Shown here one piece after another: positions 60,299 to 64,000 of a stretch of DNA of 64,000 bases (position 1 is its first letter; each line of letters opens with the position of its first letter). Location of the stretch: positions 192,001 to 256,000 of the forward strand of contig JAYTSD010000008.1 in assembly GCA_043745805.1 (NCBI GenBank). Direction: 5' to 3'. Source of the stretch: Fibrobacteria bacterium (GTDB lineage: Bacteria; Fibrobacterota; Fibrobacteria; UBA11236). Below the pieces are notes generated by a model. It was not told where the DNA came from. It ran no database searches and saw only the letters and a list, made by a program, of their open reading frames with translations. The translations under genes and the position numbers were made by a program.

Positions 60299-60356
60299 TA
60301 TACCTGAACGGGTATACTTACTTTAAGTTCGCACAATTTATACCTAATCGGGTATA
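60299..60356. promoter_or_regulatory. Two palindromic operator-like sites TATACC-N6-GGTATA, 40 bp apart
   Basis: TATACCTGAACGGGTATA (60299-60316) and TATACCTAATCGGGTATA (60339-60356). Confidence 0.7.
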
Positions 60357-60395
60357 AACATTAATAAAGTTATAACTGTGCAAAGTGATTAAATC

Positions 60396-60479
60396 CTAAA
60401 ATTCAAGTCTAGCCTTCTTTGCGATGCTACCACCGGTCTTGCCTGCTTGGGCATTTTCAACCATACCTTTAGCCCTTAT
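60396..60479 (-). pseudogene. Fragment resembling the C-terminus of BRO-N/phage antirepressor-like proteins
   Basis: Minus-strand translation IRAKGMVENAQAGKTGGSIAKKARLEF* with no start or N-terminal domain; family recognised from memory. Confidence 0.55.
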
Positions 60480-60710
60480 ACTGATTTAAAGACAATTTTT
60501 TATGGGTCAAATTGCCTTTCTTGGTTAACAAAAAGACAAAGGTGTGGGTAACTTTCATCGCTCAAAAGTATGTTCCAAAAAAGTTTTTGAACAATTACAT
60601 AAGTCCATGATTTTTTAGAGTATAACTATTATTAGTTCAATAAAACCACAAAAAGAATTTTGGAAGCAGAAACATCGGAGCTAATTAACCATCATAAAGA
60701 GGTTTCAAAC

Positions 60711-60816
60711 ATGGCGTTTCCCGCGTGAGGGATGGTAAGGGTGGTCAGTGCGCAGTACCGTAGCGCAGCGAAGCCCTGCACAGCCCGACCTCCTAGAGGC
60801 GAACATTATACGCCAT
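60711..60816 (+). ncRNA. GC-rich structured element, Flavo-1-like RNA motif or dispersed repeat
   Basis: Closing stem ATGGCGT/ACGCCAT; core GCGTGAGGGAT...AGCCCGACC recalled from Bacteroidota intergenic elements; internal hairpins TGCGC/GCGCA and CCTC/GAGG. Confidence 0.5.
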
Positions 60817-60944
60817 CAAAAAAATCTATGCGCCTCTAGGTGGACACGTCAAATAACAAAAAACTGAATTCGCGGAATTTTAAATATCTTGCTCGGGACA
60901 AACCAATACTAACCTACGATGTTCGCAAGCTTCGCTATATTAGT

Positions 60945-61325
60945 TTACAGTTTTTTCTTAGCATTGGGATGAGCCACAGGCTTGGGATTTTTTTTGATCT
61001 TATTAATATATTTATTACTAGGCTTAGTAATAGTTTTGAGTAGTGGCTTTACAACTACCGTAGGGGTTATTGCCGCTTTTTTAAGTAAAACCGAAAGTTC
61101 ACGATACAAAGGGAATTCCGCATTCAAAGCAAAAAATTTGCGATGACCTTCTTTCCAACCTGCAACCACATTTCCTTCTTCTAAATGCTTCAATTGGGTT
61201 TGCACAGCAAATAGTTGCAGGTCGAGTTTTTCTTCGAGCTCGCCTAAAAAGGCTTTTTTATTCAAAGCCAAATACACTAAGATTTTGCATCTCGCGTCCG
61301 AACCAATAATTGAACTTAAAATCAT
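60945..61325 (-). CDS. Winged-helix (ArsR-like) DNA-binding protein with Lys-rich tail
   Basis: GSDARCKILVYL..ELEEKL..VQTQLKHLEEG..N..FPLYREL. Confidence 0.78.
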   Translation of the reverse strand: MILSSIIGSDARCKILVYLALNKKAFLGELEEKLDLQLFAVQTQLKHLEEGNVVAGWKEGHRKFFALNAEFPLYRELSVLLKKAAITPTVVVKPLLKTITKPSNKYINKIKKNPKPVAHPNAKKKL

Positions 61326-61386
61326 ATTTTCCTCAGACCTAAGATAATGCGGTTTACCTTATTAGCCCGTGGAAATGTGATCTTTT

Positions 61387-62433
61387 TTACATTGAACGTT
61401 CAATCATCAAGCGACAAAGTCTTTGTAACTGATAAGTAGAGGAAGAGGCCGGAAGCTTTTGTAATACTGGCAAGCAAGCTTCGATTTTTTCTAAAGCCAT
61501 GTCTTTAGCTTTTTGAAAAGCGCCTTGAGTTTCCAAAAGGGTTTTGATTTTTTGTTGATTATGCGTCGCCTTTGCATCGGCTAGTAGCACCAGCATAGTT
61601 TCTTTTTCCAAAGCATTTGCATGATTGAAAAAAAGAATTAAGGGCAAAGTGAAAAATCCATTTTGCAAATCGGAAAAAGTTTTTTTATCGAGATTTTTTG
61701 CCCCATAACCGAAGTCCAATAAATCATCAATGATTTGAAAAGCTAAACCAAAATTTTTGCCGAGTTCGCCGCAAGCCTTGACCATGGCGACATCGTAGCC
61801 GGCAACCATAGCGCCGCATTCACCGCAAGCTTGTAATAGTGAAGCCGTTTTACCTTCAATTACTGTAAAATATTCTTCCAAGGTAAGCTGTGCGTTGCCT
61901 GCTTGCTGCACTTCCAAAGCTTCCGCCGTAATTAAACGGCAAGAGGCTTGCGATAAGCTAAGAGGAATACGTGTATCGCTATCGCTCCAAATCATTTCCA
62001 TGGATTTTGCCAAGGCATAATCGCCTAATAAAACCGCCGCGCGATTACCCCATTGCTTATGCGCGCTGGCTTCATTGCGACGCATATCGCTTCCATCAAT
62101 AATATCATCATGAACTAAGGAGGCTAAGTGAATCAATTCTACTGCGGCGCAAATTTTAGCGGCGCGCGATTGCTGATCTTTATTTTCAATACCAGCCAAC
62201 AACAATAAAAAGGTAGAACGTATACGCTTACCTTGGCGACTCAATAAATGCTGTAATTGTTCGGCGATTTGACCTGGAGCCAAGTCTGCCACATTGAGCA
62301 TCTCTTGTTCCACTTCCTCTAACCCAGTCATTACATTGGCACGAGCTTCCTGTAAAACTTGAGCGTAATTTACGGTTTCCAACTCTTCAGCCCCATTCAT
62401 GAGTTTGGTCGAAACCTCATTCTCAATATGCAT
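61387..62433 (-). CDS. Polyprenyl diphosphate synthase (IspB-like)
   Basis: GKRIR, HDDIID..RR, GKTA and FQIIDDLLD; start uncertain (62433 or 62400). Confidence 0.92.
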   Translation of the reverse strand: MHIENEVSTKLMNGAEELETVNYAQVLQEARANVMTGLEEVEQEMLNVADLAPGQIAEQLQHLLSRQGKRIRSTFLLLLAGIENKDQQSRAAKICAAVELIHLASLVHDDIIDGSDMRRNEASAHKQWGNRAAVLLGDYALAKSMEMIWSDSDTRIPLSLSQASCRLITAEALEVQQAGNAQLTLEEYFTVIEGKTASLLQACGECGAMVAGYDVAMVKACGELGKNFGLAFQIIDDLLDFGYGAKNLDKKTFSDLQNGFFTLPLILFFNHANALEKETMLVLLADAKATHNQQKIKTLLETQGAFQKAKDMALEKIEACLPVLQKLPASSSTYQLQRLCRLMIERSM

Positions 62434-62611
62434 TCGTAATTCCCAACAAAGTAACCTGCAAATATAATTAACCTCTCGGCATTGCATGGAAAAAAGCCAG
62501 TGAGAATGAGTTTGTTGCGTTCTTTTTTATGAAAGGACATTTATAACTTCTCACTTTTGCAATAAAAGCACCCCTTCTCTCACTAAGATTCCTTCTATAT
62601 TTAAACGGTTT

Positions 62612-63496
62612 ATGACAAAAACTGATAAACATTTTTTTTGGTGGATTTCTTTTCCCACCAATACAGCCCTAGCCGAGCTTGAATCCAGTCAATTATTTGA
62701 TTTGGGAGCTGCGGGAACCGAAGAACAAAATACTTTTCCGGAAATTGTAAATCCGGTGGGCGATATGCTCCTTAAAGCCTGCTTTATGGATAAAGATAGT
62801 TTTGAGGCCGCAAAAGTTTTTTTTCAAGAACGCGAAGGCTTGGCCTTTGGTGAAGAAGAACAGGAAGATTGGGATCAAAGCTGGCGCTTACAACAGAAGC
62901 CCTTGGCAGTGACCGATCATCTCACCGTAATGCCGCCTTGGCTTGATGCCGAGCCTCATGGCGTGACTTTAAAACTTGAGGCTAAAATGGCTTTTGGCAC
63001 GGGTTCGCATGAAACCACTAGGCTTTGCGCGCTTATGCTGGAGGAATTGGATTGCAAGGATAAAACCGTTTTGGATATTGGCACCGGCACCGGCATACTG
63101 GCTTTGTATGCGGCCTTTTTAGGCGCCAAACAAACTATCGCCCATGATATTGATCCCGTGACCGGTCCTTGCTTACGCGAAAATTTTGAATTGAATATTC
63201 CTCCTCAAGGTCATGAAGTCATTTTTTTTGTGGGTGGACTCGAAGCTCTTAAAGAAAGTTTTCGCTTTGATATTATTCTTTGCAATATGATTCGCACCGA
63301 ACTTTGGCCTTTTCGCGAGGAACTTTTTGCGCAATTAAAACCTAGTGGCTTGGTAATTGTGTCCGGTCAATTGCATCAAGATCGCGAACATTTTGTGGAA
63401 TTACAAAAAACTATTCCTTTTCATTTTGTGCAAGAGAAATCATTGAATGAATGGTGGGGATTTGTAGGCCAATTAAATTCGGATATAAAAGCTTAA
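62612..63496 (+). CDS. prmA: Ribosomal protein L11 methyltransferase
   Basis: EDWDQSW, MAFGTGSHETT, LDIGTGTGIL and DIDP. Confidence 0.92.
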   Translation: MTKTDKHFFWWISFPTNTALAELESSQLFDLGAAGTEEQNTFPEIVNPVGDMLLKACFMDKDSFEAAKVFFQEREGLAFGEEEQEDWDQSWRLQQKPLAVTDHLTVMPPWLDAEPHGVTLKLEAKMAFGTGSHETTRLCALMLEELDCKDKTVLDIGTGTGILALYAAFLGAKQTIAHDIDPVTGPCLRENFELNIPPQGHEVIFFVGGLEALKESFRFDIILCNMIRTELWPFREELFAQLKPSGLVIVSGQLHQDREHFVELQKTIPFHFVQEKSLNEWWGFVGQLNSDIKA

Positions 63497-63505
63497 AGGA
63501 AATTT

Positions 63506-64000
63506 ATGAGCACCATTTTAAATACCACCATGCTCGATGTTTTTGCAGGTAACACTCCCGCCCATTCTCCCGTATGGATTATGCGTCAAGCAGGGCGCTA
63601 CTTAGCGGATTATCGTAAGGTACGTAGTCAATTCAAATCCTTTATGGAATTTTGTCGTACGCCGGATAAAGTTATGGAAGTAACCATTCAACCTGTGGAT
63701 CAAGTGGGTGTGGATGCGGCGATACTTTTTTCCGATATTTTAGTGCTTCTGCCACCTTTAGGCTTGGAATTGGATTTCTTAGAAAAAAAAGGGCCAGTGA
63801 TTGCGAATCCTATTGAAGATGCCGCACGGATAAAAGCGTTACCTGATTTCGATATTCATACGGAATTAAAATATGTTTTCGAAGGCATTAAGCTCACCAA
63901 ACAAGCTTTGCAAAATCGTGTGCCTCTTATTGGCTTTGCGGGCGGTCCTTTTACAGTGGCGTCGTATATGGTCGAAGGAGGCTCGTCAAAAGAGTTGGCT
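63506..64000 (+). CDS. hemE: Uroporphyrinogen decarboxylase, partial (runs off the window)
   Basis: Manual translation: PVWIMRQAGRYL, VTIQP, DAAILFSDIL and PLIGFAGGPFTVASYMVEG; AAGGA RBS. Confidence 0.95.
   Translation, partial: MSTILNTTMLDVFAGNTPAHSPVWIMRQAGRYLADYRKVRSQFKSFMEFCRTPDKVMEVTIQPVDQVGVDAAILFSDILVLLPPLGLELDFLEKKGPVIANPIEDAARIKALPDFDIHTELKYVFEGIKLTKQALQNRVPLIGFAGGPFTVASYMVEGGSSKELA

Noticed and set aside
60299-60356. Mini CRISPR array
   Set aside because: Only two 18-bp units with a 22-bp gap and no cas genes; fits operators better
60840-61043. 67-aa plus-strand ORF
   Set aside because: Overlaps the convergent wHTH gene; no RBS or motif

Overview
AT-rich bacterial chromosome segment, probably from the FCB group and most likely Fibrobacterota. 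This is an inference from the eukaryote-type HisA, the beta-helix/TSP3 protein and a T9SS-like C-terminal domain. Most of the window is housekeeping: oppABC, psd, gap-pgk-tpiA-secG-tRNA-Leu(GAG), ilvD, aspC, alr, mtgA, hisA, pyrB, dapL, rlmI, bcp, a polyprenyl synthase, prmA and a partial hemE. Four parts stand out. (1) An ~18 kb surface-glycan locus (38240-56369) encodes a non-canonical nonulosonic-acid pathway. It has PseB, a NeuB synthase, a cytidylyltransferase and a GNAT, but no PseC aminotransferase or PseG hydrolase. In their place are an RmlD-like reductase, three more oxidoreductases, a Rieske-less CMAH-like metallo-beta-lactamase protein, an Fe/2OG dioxygenase and multidomain TPR glycosyltransferases. 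(2) A small type IV minor-pilin operon has a PilX-like subunit carrying a CxxCH/His-rich domain on a Thr-rich stalk. (3) A membrane-spanning FHA-lytic transglycosylase fusion lies near a receptor Ser/Thr kinase. (4) An 870 bp intergenic patch holds twin operators, a BRO-like gene remnant and a structured GC-rich element. Three genes absent from the ORF track were added: the partial genes at both window edges and a 59-aa Hc1-like protein. No CRISPR array, rRNA, integrase or transposase was seen. All calls come from motif recognition by eye; no searches were run.
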